Assembly: GCA_019634005.1 (NCBI GenBank)
Contig: JAHQWD010000002.1
Location: 128,747-192,746 of the forward strand
Length of the DNA stretch: 64,000 nt
Direction of reading: 5' to 3'
From: Candidatus Kaiserbacteria bacterium
GTDB lineage: Bacteria > Patescibacteriota > Minisyncoccia > Phycocordibacterales > UBA918
Made by a program: the position numbers and the translations under genes. The notes beneath the pieces were generated by a model. The model did not search any database. It worked only from the letters and a program-made list of their open reading frames with translations, and had not been told where the DNA came from. Positions 43,538 to 53,318 of this stretch are shown here, piece by piece. Position 1 is the stretch's first letter; every line of letters starts with the position of its first letter.

Positions 43538-45220
43538 TTGTATATGGACGACGTACTACGAACTGCAATTACTGACACACTGAAAGACCTCGAATTAGAC
43601 GAGGTGGATTTCTCTGTGGAGCATCCAGCGGAGGTCTCTCACGGAGACTATTCCTCGAATGTGGCCATGGTGCTTGCAAAGCACGTGGGGGAAGCACCAC
43701 GCGAAGTGGCAGAACAGATTGTTGAGAAACTCGATGGCGCTATTGAGCATGTCGATCGTATTGAGATTGCAGGGCCTGGGTTCATTAACTTCTTCCTCAC
43801 ACGAGACTTTTTTGTTCAAGAACTTGGACATGTTTCAGAGAAAGAGTGGGGACGTACTGATGATCTGAAGGATGAGGTCATTATGTTTGAATACACCAGT
43901 CCCAATCTATTCAAACCACTCCATATTGGAAATTTGGTAGGAAATATCATTGGGGAATCTGTTACAAGACTCCTTGAAAATGCAGGCGCTGATGTAAAGC
44001 GTATCAATTATCCCTCTGATATTGGGCTTACTGTTGCAAAGGGCGTATGGGGACTTAAGAAAACAGGAGGTAATCCAGACACCATTGCAGATCTCGGAGA
44101 AGCATATAAAAAGGGGAATGAAGCGTATGAAAATGACTCTACAGCAAAAGAAGAAATAGAGGCGGTCAATAGAGCGCTCTATGCAGAGGATGATGAGAGA
44201 CTCAATGAGCTCCGAGAGCGAGGTATTACAACATCAAGAACACATTTGAAAGAACTACTCCGTACACTTGGTACGTCATTTGATCTCGTTGTCTTCGAGA
44301 GTGAGGCGAGCCCAGTAGGAAAGAAAACAGTAGAGGACCATGTTGCCGATGGTATTTTCGAAGAGAGTGATGGGGCGATTGTCTTTAAAGGAGAACGACA
44401 TGGACTGCATACACGTGTCTTTCTGAACTCTCAAGGACTGCCGACATATGAAGCGAAAGATGTCGGGAACTTCATCCTCAAGCAGCGTGCGTACCCAGAG
44501 TGGACACAGTCTATTGTGGTAACAGGGCAAGAACAGCGGGAATATTTTAAGGTTATTATCGCGGCCGTTCGAGAACTTTTCCCTGAAGCAGAGGATAAGG
44601 CGCTCGAGCATATCCCAACTGGTTTCCTTACTCTGACCACAGGTAAGATGTCTTCGCGAAAAGGAAATGTACTTACGGGAGAATCTCTCATTGCAGAAGT
44701 ACGAAAAGAAGCGGAGAAGCGTGCAAAAGAAAGCCGTGCAGAGGATGTCGAGGTACTTTCGGAACAGATTGCAGTTGCGGCACTAAAGTATCAGATTCTT
44801 CGTCAGAAGATTGGATCTGATATTGTTTTTGATAAAGAACGTGCGCTCTCTTTTGAAGGAGATTCTGGACCGTATCTCCAATACACACATGCACGTATTG
44901 GATCCGTACTTGAGAAAGCAAAAGAAGTTGGTGTAGAAGCCTCACTACAGCATGCACCTGAGACCCCATATGCACTCGAGCACATCCTGTACCAGTACCC
45001 AGAGGTGGTAAGAGAAGCAACAGGAGAAAAAGAGCCGCACAGAATCGTAGGATATCTTACAGAGCTCGCGGGAGCATTTAACACCTTCTACGCACAGGAG
45101 AAGATCGCAGATGCGTCCGATGAATACGCATCATACAAAGTGGCACTAGCGGAGGCGGTGAAGGTGACTCTAAAGAACGGATTGCATCTTCTGGGAATTG
45201 AGGCGCCAGAGCGGATGTAG
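43538..45220 (+). CDS. argS: Arginine--tRNA ligase
   Basis: HIGH-type PLHIGNLVGN and KMSSRKG motifs. 560 aa. Confidence 0.9.
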   Translation: MYMDDVLRTAITDTLKDLELDEVDFSVEHPAEVSHGDYSSNVAMVLAKHVGEAPREVAEQIVEKLDGAIEHVDRIEIAGPGFINFFLTRDFFVQELGHVSEKEWGRTDDLKDEVIMFEYTSPNLFKPLHIGNLVGNIIGESVTRLLENAGADVKRINYPSDIGLTVAKGVWGLKKTGGNPDTIADLGEAYKKGNEAYENDSTAKEEIEAVNRALYAEDDERLNELRERGITTSRTHLKELLRTLGTSFDLVVFESEASPVGKKTVEDHVADGIFEESDGAIVFKGERHGLHTRVFLNSQGLPTYEAKDVGNFILKQRAYPEWTQSIVVTGQEQREYFKVIIAAVRELFPEAEDKALEHIPTGFLTLTTGKMSSRKGNVLTGESLIAEVRKEAEKRAKESRAEDVEVLSEQIAVAALKYQILRQKIGSDIVFDKERALSFEGDSGPYLQYTHARIGSVLEKAKEVGVEASLQHAPETPYALEHILYQYPEVVREATGEKEPHRIVGYLTELAGAFNTFYAQEKIADASDEYASYKVALAEAVKVTLKNGLHLLGIEAPERM

Positions 45221-45263
45221 GTGTACACAAGGTGGTATACCAGAGTGGTATGTCCATGCTACG

Positions 45264-45572
45264 ATGGCGTACATGAATGTTCTTGTCATCGAAAGTGTTG
45301 TGGATTTTATAGAGTCTCTTGATCGAAAGACACAGACCAAGACGTATCGAATGATCAGACTGCTTCGAGAGTATGGGCATCATATTGGAATGCCGCACAG
45401 CAAACCACTTCGCGATGGTGTTTTTGAGTTACGGGCTCGAGGTAGAAAAGAAATTCGTCTACTTTACGGCTATCGGGGTAATGGAGCCTTGGTTGTATGT
45501 GGATTCATTAAAAAAACACAGAGTGTGCCAAATTCTGAAATAGAAAAGGCGATACAGGTACTCAAGAAGTAG
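45264..45572 (+). CDS. higB: Type II toxin, RelE/ParE superfamily (HigB / Gp49-like)
   Basis: About 100 aa with the Gp49-like pattern (…LREYGHHIGMPHSKPL…FELR…LYG…). Start at the internal ATG of ORF 45198..45572. Confidence 0.6.
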   Translation: MAYMNVLVIESVVDFIESLDRKTQTKTYRMIRLLREYGHHIGMPHSKPLRDGVFELRARGRKEIRLLYGYRGNGALVVCGFIKKTQSVPNSEIEKAIQVLKK

Positions 45573-45613
45573 TGGTTGTAGATATCACATATATGTGATA
45601 TGATGACTTTGTT

Positions 45614-45901
45614 ATGAAAAAGGAGAAATTAATCCCCCTCGAACAACTGGAGAAAAAGTGGTTCAAAGATCCAGAGTTTAAACGTGAGTATGATGCTCTT
45701 GAGCCAGAGTTTGCGCTTATCAAGTCAATTATTGATAAGCGTCTTGAAGCAGGTCTTTCACAGAAAGAACTTGCTGAGAAGATTGGTACACGTCAGTCTG
45801 CAATCTCCCGACTTGAAGGAGGAGAAGGGAATCCAAGTTTCAAGACACTCCGCAAGGTTGCCGAGGCACTTGGCGCGCAGGTGTTTGTGACATTGCGGTA
45901 G
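45614..45901 (+). CDS. higA: XRE-family HTH antitoxin (HigA-like)
   Basis: HTH LSQKELAEKIGTRQSAISRLE. Toxin-first gene order. Confidence 0.7.
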   Translation: MKKEKLIPLEQLEKKWFKDPEFKREYDALEPEFALIKSIIDKRLEAGLSQKELAEKIGTRQSAISRLEGGEGNPSFKTLRKVAEALGAQVFVTLR

Positions 45902-45981
45902 CCTCTTTCCTCTTTTGTGCTACGATACATCTACGTGTCTGATATACACGTAGATTATTATGTCTGATACACATAGAACAT

Positions 45982-48900
45982 ATGAATACACAAAACGAAA
46001 AAACAGAGGTTGCGCTTCGTGAGGAGGAAATCCTTGCATTCTGGCAGGAGCACGACATTTTTAAAAAATCTTTAGAGAAAGACTCGCCAGAGGGAGACTA
46101 TACATTTTATGATGGACCACCGTTTGCAACGGGGCTTCCACACTATGGACATCTTCTTGCAGGAACGCTCAAAGACGCTATTCCTCGATTCTGGACAATG
46201 AACGGGTATCGGGTGCGTCGAAAGTGGGGATGGGACTGTCACGGACTTCCGCTTGAAAACCTCATTGAGAAGAAACTGGGACTCGGTACGAAACGAGACA
46301 TTGAAGAGTATGGCGTACAGAAGTTCAATGAGGCTGCACGTGATGCGGTCATGGAGTATGCAGATGATTGGCGTAGAATTGTCCCGCGCATGGGGCGCTT
46401 CGTCGATATGGATGACGATTACCGAACCATGGACGCGTCATATACCGAGAGCGTCTGGTGGTCCTTTAGTGAACTCCATAAAAAGGGATTGGTGTATGAA
46501 GGTTTCAAGTCTATGCATCTCTGTCCACGGTGTGGGACAACACTTTCTAACTTTGAGGTGAACCAAGGGTATAAGGATATTAAGGACATATCTGTATATG
46601 TAAAGATGCACCTCAAGTCGGGACAAAAGTATGGTCCTTCATATGAGACAAAAGACTCTGCATACATTGTGGTATGGACAACGACTCCATGGACGCTTCC
46701 AGGAAATGTTGCTGTTGCAGTGCATAAAGATGCTGTTTACGTCGCAGTGCGAGTTGATGGGATTAAAGAACTTCTTATCATTGCAAAAGATAACCTTGAG
46801 CAAGTGCTCAGTGGACATGAGGTTGAGATTGTTCATGATGACATCAAGGGGTCTGACCTAGTTGGTCTTGAGTATACGCCACCATTTGATTATCTAAAAC
46901 AGAAAATTGATAAAACCGAAAACGCATGGAAGGTGTGGCATGCTGATTATGTGGAATTAGGTGAAGAAGGAACTGGAGCAGTACACATCGCACCAGCCTA
47001 TGGTGAGGACGATATGCTTCTGGCGCAGGATAACGACATTCCGATCGTACACCATGTTGGTGAGGATGGGCGCTTTCTTGATTTTGTCACAGATTTTGCA
47101 GGAACACTGGTGAAGCCAAAGGATGACGAAGCGACAGAGATATCTCATCTCGATACCGATATTGAGATTGTACGTGCACTCGCAAAGAGTGGGCATCTCT
47201 TCCGAAAAGAGAATGTGACCCACAGTTATCCGCATTGTTGGCGGTGTGATACGCCGTTGCTTAATTACGGAACTACATCATGGTTTGTGAAAGTGACGGA
47301 TCTCAAGGATGATCTTATCGCAGAGAATAACGAGGTGGTATGGGTGCCAGAACATGTTGGGAAGAACCGCTTTGGAAAATGGCTGGAGAACGCACGAGAC
47401 TGGGCAATCAGTCGCCAAAGGTACTGGGGAGCGCCGCTTCCGATCTGGAAGAATCCAGAGACCAAGGAACACAAAGTATTTGGGTCTCTCGAAGAGTTGC
47501 AGGAGTATGTACCAAAATCTGGGAACACCTTCTTTATCACCCGCCATGGAGAAAGTGAGTTCAACACCAAAGGAATCTTAAGCGCGGTGAATAACGGAGA
47601 TACAAATGGTGTGACCGAGAAAGGAAAAGAACAGATTGATACTCTCGCGGAGGGTCTGAAGGAGGTGGACTATATCTATCACTCCCCACTGAATCGTACG
47701 ACCCTTACTGCGCAACTGGTAGCAGAAAAACTTGGCGTTGCGAAGGAACGTCTCATTGTCGACGAACGGCTGCGAGAGATGGAGTTTGGAGCGTTTGAAG
47801 GGAAGACTCCAGATGAATACCATGCGTTCTTCGGAGACGGGGTTGGACATCTCACAAAAAATCCTGAAGGCGGAGAATCATGGGGAGATGTAAAACGTCG
47901 TGTTGGAGATTTCTTGTATGACATCAATACAAAACATGAGAACCAACGGATACTCATTGTCTCTCACAACGGGACACTCCAGATGCTCCAGGCGGTTGCG
48001 CAGGGAGATGAGAAGGAGACACTCGGTACCTATATAGAAGAGGATCACTACGATATGAAGAATGCGGAACTCCGTGAACTTCCATTTACACCAATGCCGC
48101 ACAATGACGATTACGAACTGGATTTCCATCGCCCGTATATTGATGACATCGACCTCTTTGAAGATGGGGTACGACTAGAACGTGTACCAGATGTATTCGA
48201 CTGTTGGTATGAGTCTGGCTCTATGTCATACGCACAACAGCACTATCCATTTGAAAACACCGACGTCTTTGAACCAAAAGAGGGGAGAGGATATCCTGCA
48301 GAGTTTATCGCAGAGAGTATTGACCAGACACGTGGATGGTTTTACTCCATGCTTGTTCTCGGCACGGCGCTCTTTGGAAAGAGCCCATACAAACATGTAG
48401 TGACCAACGGATTGGTGCTCGCAGAAGATGGAAAGAAAATGAGTAAGTCACTCCAAAACTATCCAGATCCCGTTGATCTTGTCGAGCGACTCGGTGCTGA
48501 TACGATGCGTTTTTATCTCCTTTCTTCTCCGATTATTCGAGGAGAAGATCTCAACTTCTCAGAGAAAGGAGTACAGGAATTAGAGCGGAAGAATATCGGA
48601 CGACTCCACAATGTGCTTGCGATGTACCAAATGTACGCAGATGGCACCACTGCAAAAGATGACTCAACACACGTCCTTGATCGGTGGATCATCTCTCGCC
48701 TCAATGAGTTAATTGCTGACGTAACCAATGGTTTCAAGAACTACGAACTTGATAAGGCAACACGCCCGATCACCGACTTCATTGATGATCTCTCAGTCTG
48801 GTATCTCCGAAGATCTCGTGATCGTATTAAAGGAGAGGACAAAGAGCAGACACTTGCGACACTTCGTCATGTCTTGAAGACCCTTGCACTTGTCATGGCG

Positions 48901-49497
48901 CCATCTATGCCATTCTATGCAGAGTATCTCTGGCGAGAAGTAAAAGAGGATTCTGATGCAGAGAGTGCGCACCTTGCGGATTGGCCTCTGGGAGGGGACG
49001 TTGATGCTGACATCAACGCAGGTATGGAGTTCATCCGCACACAGGCAAACGAAGGACTCCGTTTGCGGTCAGAGAAGGGAATTAATGTGCGACAGCCGCT
49101 TGCAACCTTTACCGTTGCTTCTCCAGAAATACCGCGTGCATGGGAGCAGTTACAGGATATTCTTGCAGAAGAACTTAATGTAAAAGCAGTGCTCCATGAA
49201 GAAGGAAAAGATTCCTGCGATTTTGATTGGAGCATCACTCCTGCATTGAAACTTGAGGGAGATGCACGAGAGTTTATGCGTACCGTGCAAGGTATGCGTA
49301 AGCAGGCAGATCTTGAGCCACAGGATCGCATCAAACTCATCGTGCAAACTTCAGACGGGGGAGAGGAGGTACTCAAAGTACACGACGAGGATATTAGAAA
49401 CGTCGTAGGTGCAGAAGAGATCACACTTGGTGATGCAGAAGGTGAGGAAATTACGTTTGGAGAACACTCTGCAACGGTACAAATGGTAACGGTATAG
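45982..49497 (+). CDS. ileS: Isoleucine--tRNA ligase carrying an in-frame ~220-aa histidine-phosphatase (PGAM-like) domain insertion
   Basis: HIGH (PHYGHLL), CP1 editing (TTPWTLPGN), KMSKS, and DVFDCWYESGS. Between ISRQRYWGAPLPIW and DVFDCWYESGS (~47494..48171) the sequence encodes FFITRHGESEFN … IVSHNG (RHG and His-2 motifs). Confidence 0.9.
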   Translation: MNTQNEKTEVALREEEILAFWQEHDIFKKSLEKDSPEGDYTFYDGPPFATGLPHYGHLLAGTLKDAIPRFWTMNGYRVRRKWGWDCHGLPLENLIEKKLGLGTKRDIEEYGVQKFNEAARDAVMEYADDWRRIVPRMGRFVDMDDDYRTMDASYTESVWWSFSELHKKGLVYEGFKSMHLCPRCGTTLSNFEVNQGYKDIKDISVYVKMHLKSGQKYGPSYETKDSAYIVVWTTTPWTLPGNVAVAVHKDAVYVAVRVDGIKELLIIAKDNLEQVLSGHEVEIVHDDIKGSDLVGLEYTPPFDYLKQKIDKTENAWKVWHADYVELGEEGTGAVHIAPAYGEDDMLLAQDNDIPIVHHVGEDGRFLDFVTDFAGTLVKPKDDEATEISHLDTDIEIVRALAKSGHLFRKENVTHSYPHCWRCDTPLLNYGTTSWFVKVTDLKDDLIAENNEVVWVPEHVGKNRFGKWLENARDWAISRQRYWGAPLPIWKNPETKEHKVFGSLEELQEYVPKSGNTFFITRHGESEFNTKGILSAVNNGDTNGVTEKGKEQIDTLAEGLKEVDYIYHSPLNRTTLTAQLVAEKLGVAKERLIVDERLREMEFGAFEGKTPDEYHAFFGDGVGHLTKNPEGGESWGDVKRRVGDFLYDINTKHENQRILIVSHNGTLQMLQAVAQGDEKETLGTYIEEDHYDMKNAELRELPFTPMPHNDDYELDFHRPYIDDIDLFEDGVRLERVPDVFDCWYESGSMSYAQQHYPFENTDVFEPKEGRGYPAEFIAESIDQTRGWFYSMLVLGTALFGKSPYKHVVTNGLVLAEDGKKMSKSLQNYPDPVDLVERLGADTMRFYLLSSPIIRGEDLNFSEKGVQELERKNIGRLHNVLAMYQMYADGTTAKDDSTHVLDRWIISRLNELIADVTNGFKNYELDKATRPITDFIDDLSVWYLRRSRDRIKGEDKEQTLATLRHVLKTLALVMAPSMPFYAEYLWREVKEDSDAESAHLADWPLGGDVDADINAGMEFIRTQANEGLRLRSEKGINVRQPLATFTVASPEIPRAWEQLQDILAEELNVKAVLHEEGKDSCDFDWSITPALKLEGDAREFMRTVQGMRKQADLEPQDRIKLIVQTSDGGEEVLKVHDEDIRNVVGAEEITLGDAEGEEITFGEHSATVQMVTV

Positions 49498-49499
49498 AC

Positions 49500-50066
49500 A
49501 TGGCGTATCATCTCTACAACACGGAAGCATTGGTCTGTGGTTCGAGAGACAGTAATACATCAGATCGTGCATATATTCTCTTTACCCGTGAAGCGGGAAT
49601 GATCTGGGCACAAACGAAGAGTGTGCGTGAGGAGCGTTCAAAGCATCGCTATGCGCTCCAGGATTTCTCTGTGATCCGCGTGTCACTTGTCCATGGAAAA
49701 GCGGGATGGCGCATTGTGGGGACGGAGCCATCCACCAATCTCTACTATGACGCCAAGGAGCGGGATGTACGTATCTTGCTTCGCAACGTGGTGCGATTAC
49801 TCCGCCGAGTCATTCGAGGGGAAGAGGCGACACCAGAACTCTACGATGATCTCCTCCATACTCTAAAAGCAGTACCCAAAGATGTTGCCGCATCTGAGAT
49901 GGAGACGGTACTGACGCTTCGTGTCCTACATGCGCTGGGATATATTGCTCCACAAGAGGTGTATCAGAACCTTCTTGAAGACAACGCGTATGAGACAAGG
50001 ACTCCAGAAGGTCTTCGGAAGGCATCGCAGGTAATTGAGGGTGCGCTTACCGCCAGCCATCTCTAA
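49500..50066 (+). CDS. recO: DNA repair protein RecO-like (short form)
   Basis: N-terminal OB-fold pattern YILFTREAGMIWAQTKSVREERSKHRYALQDFSV resembles RecO. Confidence 0.5.
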   Translation: MAYHLYNTEALVCGSRDSNTSDRAYILFTREAGMIWAQTKSVREERSKHRYALQDFSVIRVSLVHGKAGWRIVGTEPSTNLYYDAKERDVRILLRNVVRLLRRVIRGEEATPELYDDLLHTLKAVPKDVAASEMETVLTLRVLHALGYIAPQEVYQNLLEDNAYETRTPEGLRKASQVIEGALTASHL

Positions 50067-50087
50067 CAGGATGGTATACTTAGAATC

Positions 50088-51935
50088 ATGGCACAGGGTA
50101 AGGATGAAAATAAGATGGACGTGCTTCGTGACCGTCTCTATGCACGTGATGGAGACGGACAGGTTCGACGTACACAACTCAAGAGCACAAGGCCTGCGAG
50201 TGTGCCAAAAAACTGGGAACGCTCCCAGCAATCCTTACAAGACTCTCTTAAAGAAGAAGAAACACAGACTATGCCAAAAAAGAAAAAAGGGTATCGAATG
50301 AAACTGCTTGTTGCAGGCGGTGTTTTCTTTGGGATAGCGCTCTTACTCTCACTCATTTTCCTTTTCCTAGGGAACAACACAATCTCTGGAGAGAACATCT
50401 CTCTTGAAGTTTCAGGACCGTTCGCCATCGGTGGAGCAGAGACCGTAGATATGCGGGTTATTCTTGAGAACAACAATGCAGTACCAATTGAGTCTGCAAC
50501 GCTTATCATAGAGTACCCTGTTGGCACACAAAAAGCAGATGGATCAGGACAGGAACTTTTCACTGAACGGAAGTCCCTTGATGTTATCGGATCAGGGCAG
50601 TTAGTTTCTGAGGAGTTTAGTGCCACACTCTTTGGTGAGGAGAATGCAGAGAAAGTGGTGAACGTCTCGGTAGAGTATCGCGTGCGTGGCTCTAATGCAG
50701 TCTTTTATAAAGAAGCGGAACCACTCCGCATGAAGATCAGCTCATCACCAATTGTGCTCTCTCTTAAGGCGCCACGAGAACGTACCTCAGGACAAGATAT
50801 AGAGTTAGAGTTTATTGTTGCCTCAAATAGTGAGGAGACACTCAATGATATTCTCATCAGTGCTACATACCCATTTGGATTTGAATACGAAGATGCAGAT
50901 CCTCGTCCAGATTCTGGAGACAATATCTGGCGTATCGACTCTTTGAGTCCAGAGGAACGAGAGACCTTTACGGTACGAGGGGTACTTACTGGATTACAGA
51001 ACGAAGATCGTGTATTTACCTTCTCTGCGGGAGTGGGTACAGAACGTGATCCATTCACCCTCGCGTCCGTGTATGCGGTTGCAGACCATGAGGTGAAGAT
51101 TGATGCACCATCACTCAATGTGGATGTCGACATCAATGGAAGTAACAGTGAGTCGGTCATTATTCAAGAAGGGCAGAGCGCAACTGTGCGTGTCGATGTA
51201 CTCAATACGCTTGATACCACTTTGAATAATGTGACAGTGGATGTGGTGCTTGGAGGAAACATTCTTGATAGCATCGACATTGGGCTTACGGATGGTTTCT
51301 TTGATTCAAAGAACAACACGCTCTCCTTTGATCGCGGAAGTGTCTCTGCATTTCGTGGCATTCCATCGGGTGCACGAAGGAGTGTGTCATTTACCATCGT
51401 GCCTGATGAGGAGATTGGGAAGACATCGGAGATTACCCTTGATATCACAGTGCGGGGGAGCGAATCTACCAGTTCCAATGAGTCTGACCTACTGTACCAG
51501 ACGACAAAGCGTACGATCCAGTTAAGTTCTCGTGCATCACTCAGTGGAGAAGCTCGCTTTATCGGAGGGAGTGCAATACCGGAGGTTGGTGAGGAAACAC
51601 AGTATGCAGTAGATCTTCTGCTTCAAAATGGAAGCAACCAGCTTATCGACGGAACCGTCACTGCGGTACTTGGAGAGAATGTGACATTGAATAATGCAGG
51701 TGGTGCACTTTCGTATGATGCGGGTACGCGGACGGTTACATGGACAGTTGGTTCTGTCGGGGTGCGGGGAAGTGAGCGCACAACGCTCTCACTCTCTATT
51801 ACGCCAGACGCGGGAGATCGAGGGTCGACACCGATACTTCTTGAAACCCAGCGATTTAAGGCAACAAATAAGTTTACTGGTCTTACCGTACGGGCGGAGC
51901 ACACAGCACTTGCAGTACCGCGGGCAGTAGAGTAA
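50088..51935 (+). CDS. Hypothetical membrane-anchored protein: ~80-aa cytoplasmic N-tail, one TM, large beta-rich extracytoplasmic domain
   Basis: 615-aa ORF with a TM at residues ~85-105. No recognised catalytic motif. Confidence 0.45.
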   Translation: MAQGKDENKMDVLRDRLYARDGDGQVRRTQLKSTRPASVPKNWERSQQSLQDSLKEEETQTMPKKKKGYRMKLLVAGGVFFGIALLLSLIFLFLGNNTISGENISLEVSGPFAIGGAETVDMRVILENNNAVPIESATLIIEYPVGTQKADGSGQELFTERKSLDVIGSGQLVSEEFSATLFGEENAEKVVNVSVEYRVRGSNAVFYKEAEPLRMKISSSPIVLSLKAPRERTSGQDIELEFIVASNSEETLNDILISATYPFGFEYEDADPRPDSGDNIWRIDSLSPEERETFTVRGVLTGLQNEDRVFTFSAGVGTERDPFTLASVYAVADHEVKIDAPSLNVDVDINGSNSESVIIQEGQSATVRVDVLNTLDTTLNNVTVDVVLGGNILDSIDIGLTDGFFDSKNNTLSFDRGSVSAFRGIPSGARRSVSFTIVPDEEIGKTSEITLDITVRGSESTSSNESDLLYQTTKRTIQLSSRASLSGEARFIGGSAIPEVGEETQYAVDLLLQNGSNQLIDGTVTAVLGENVTLNNAGGALSYDAGTRTVTWTVGSVGVRGSERTTLSLSITPDAGDRGSTPILLETQRFKATNKFTGLTVRAEHTALAVPRAVE

Positions 51936-51948
51936 CCTGAGAGTCACT

Positions 51949-53316
51949 ATGGCAGAAAAAGAGATGGAGAACATCATATCACTTGCAAAAAGACGGGGTT
52001 TTGTATTCCAAGGGTCTGATATTTATGGCGGAATGGCTGGAATGTATGATTTCGGTCCATATGGTGTCGAACTATTAAATAACCTGAAGCGTGCGTGGTG
52101 GAAAGAGCATGTGCAGAGGCGTGAAGATTTTGTTGGATTAGATTCTTCAATCTTCAAAGACCCCCGAGTATGGGAGGCGTCAGGACATACCAGCGGTTTC
52201 TCTGACCCACTCTCGGAGTGTAAAAACTGTAATACACGTATTCGGGTAGATAAGGAACTTGAGAAAATTGGAGTGGCTGCGGATGAGAAGATGTCCGAGG
52301 AGGAAATCAACGCACTCTTCGAGGAACATAAAGACAAAATCAAGTGTCCGTCATGTGGCAAGAAAGATTTCTCTCTTGCACGTGCGTTTAACCTACTCGT
52401 GAAGACCAACATGGGGAACTTTGCTGGTGAGGATGCCGAGGTGGTCTATCTTCCTGGAGAAGCGAGTCAGGGTATCTATCTCAACTTTAAGAATATTGTT
52501 GATTCTACGCGTGCGAAAGTACCATTTGGTATTGCGCAGATCGGTAAGGCTTTTCGAAATGAGATTTCTCCACGTAATTTCCTTTTCCGCACACGAGAGT
52601 TGGAGCAGGCAGATACACAATACTTTGTACGTCCGAATGAAAATAAAGAAAAGTATGAAGAGATTAAAAGGGATCGCTTCAACTGGTATGTGAAGATGGG
52701 TATTCGCGAGGAGAATCTCCGCTGGAAGCAACATGACAATCTTGTGTTCTATGCCTCTGATGCCTGGGATATTGAGTACAACTTCCCATCGTATGGTTTT
52801 GATGAGCTAGAAGGTATTCATGATCGGACAGACTATGACCTCTCACAACACTCCAAGTTCTCGGGGGTAGATCTCTCATATGTGGATCCGCAGACAGGAG
52901 AAAAATACATCCCGTGGATTCTTGAGACATCTGTTGGTTTGGGGCGTATGTTCCTTGCGTTTCTTTCTGATGCGTACACAGAAGATGAGATCGGGGGCGA
53001 GAAGCGAACAGTGCTCAAACTCTCAAAAGAATTGGCGCCAATTAAAGTTGCGGTATTTCCACTGCTCAAAAACAAGCCAGACCTTGTTGCAAAGGCGCGG
53101 GAAGTGTTCGATATGCTCAAGGAGGACATGATGTGTGAGTTTGATGACAACGGAAACATCGGGAAACGATATCGTAGGCAAGATGAGATTGGTACACCAC
53201 ACTGTGTCACCATAGACTTTGACACGCTTGAAGACGATACCGTGACCGTTCGGGATCGTGATACAGGAGAGCAGGAGCGAGTAAAAATCACAGAACTTGT
53301 GAATCATTTACGCTAA
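51949..53316 (+). CDS. glyQS: Glycine--tRNA ligase (alpha2 dimeric type)
   Basis: GFVFQGSDIYGGMAGMYDFGPYGVEL and class II motifs. 455 aa. Confidence 0.85.
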   Translation: MAEKEMENIISLAKRRGFVFQGSDIYGGMAGMYDFGPYGVELLNNLKRAWWKEHVQRREDFVGLDSSIFKDPRVWEASGHTSGFSDPLSECKNCNTRIRVDKELEKIGVAADEKMSEEEINALFEEHKDKIKCPSCGKKDFSLARAFNLLVKTNMGNFAGEDAEVVYLPGEASQGIYLNFKNIVDSTRAKVPFGIAQIGKAFRNEISPRNFLFRTRELEQADTQYFVRPNENKEKYEEIKRDRFNWYVKMGIREENLRWKQHDNLVFYASDAWDIEYNFPSYGFDELEGIHDRTDYDLSQHSKFSGVDLSYVDPQTGEKYIPWILETSVGLGRMFLAFLSDAYTEDEIGGEKRTVLKLSKELAPIKVAVFPLLKNKPDLVAKAREVFDMLKEDMMCEFDDNGNIGKRYRRQDEIGTPHCVTIDFDTLEDDTVTVRDRDTGEQERVKITELVNHLR

Positions 53317-53318
53317 CT

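Noticed and set aside
48915-49511. 198-aa minus-strand ORF inside ileS/recO
   Set aside because: Antisense to the well-conserved IleRS C-terminal region. Ser/Cys-rich product.
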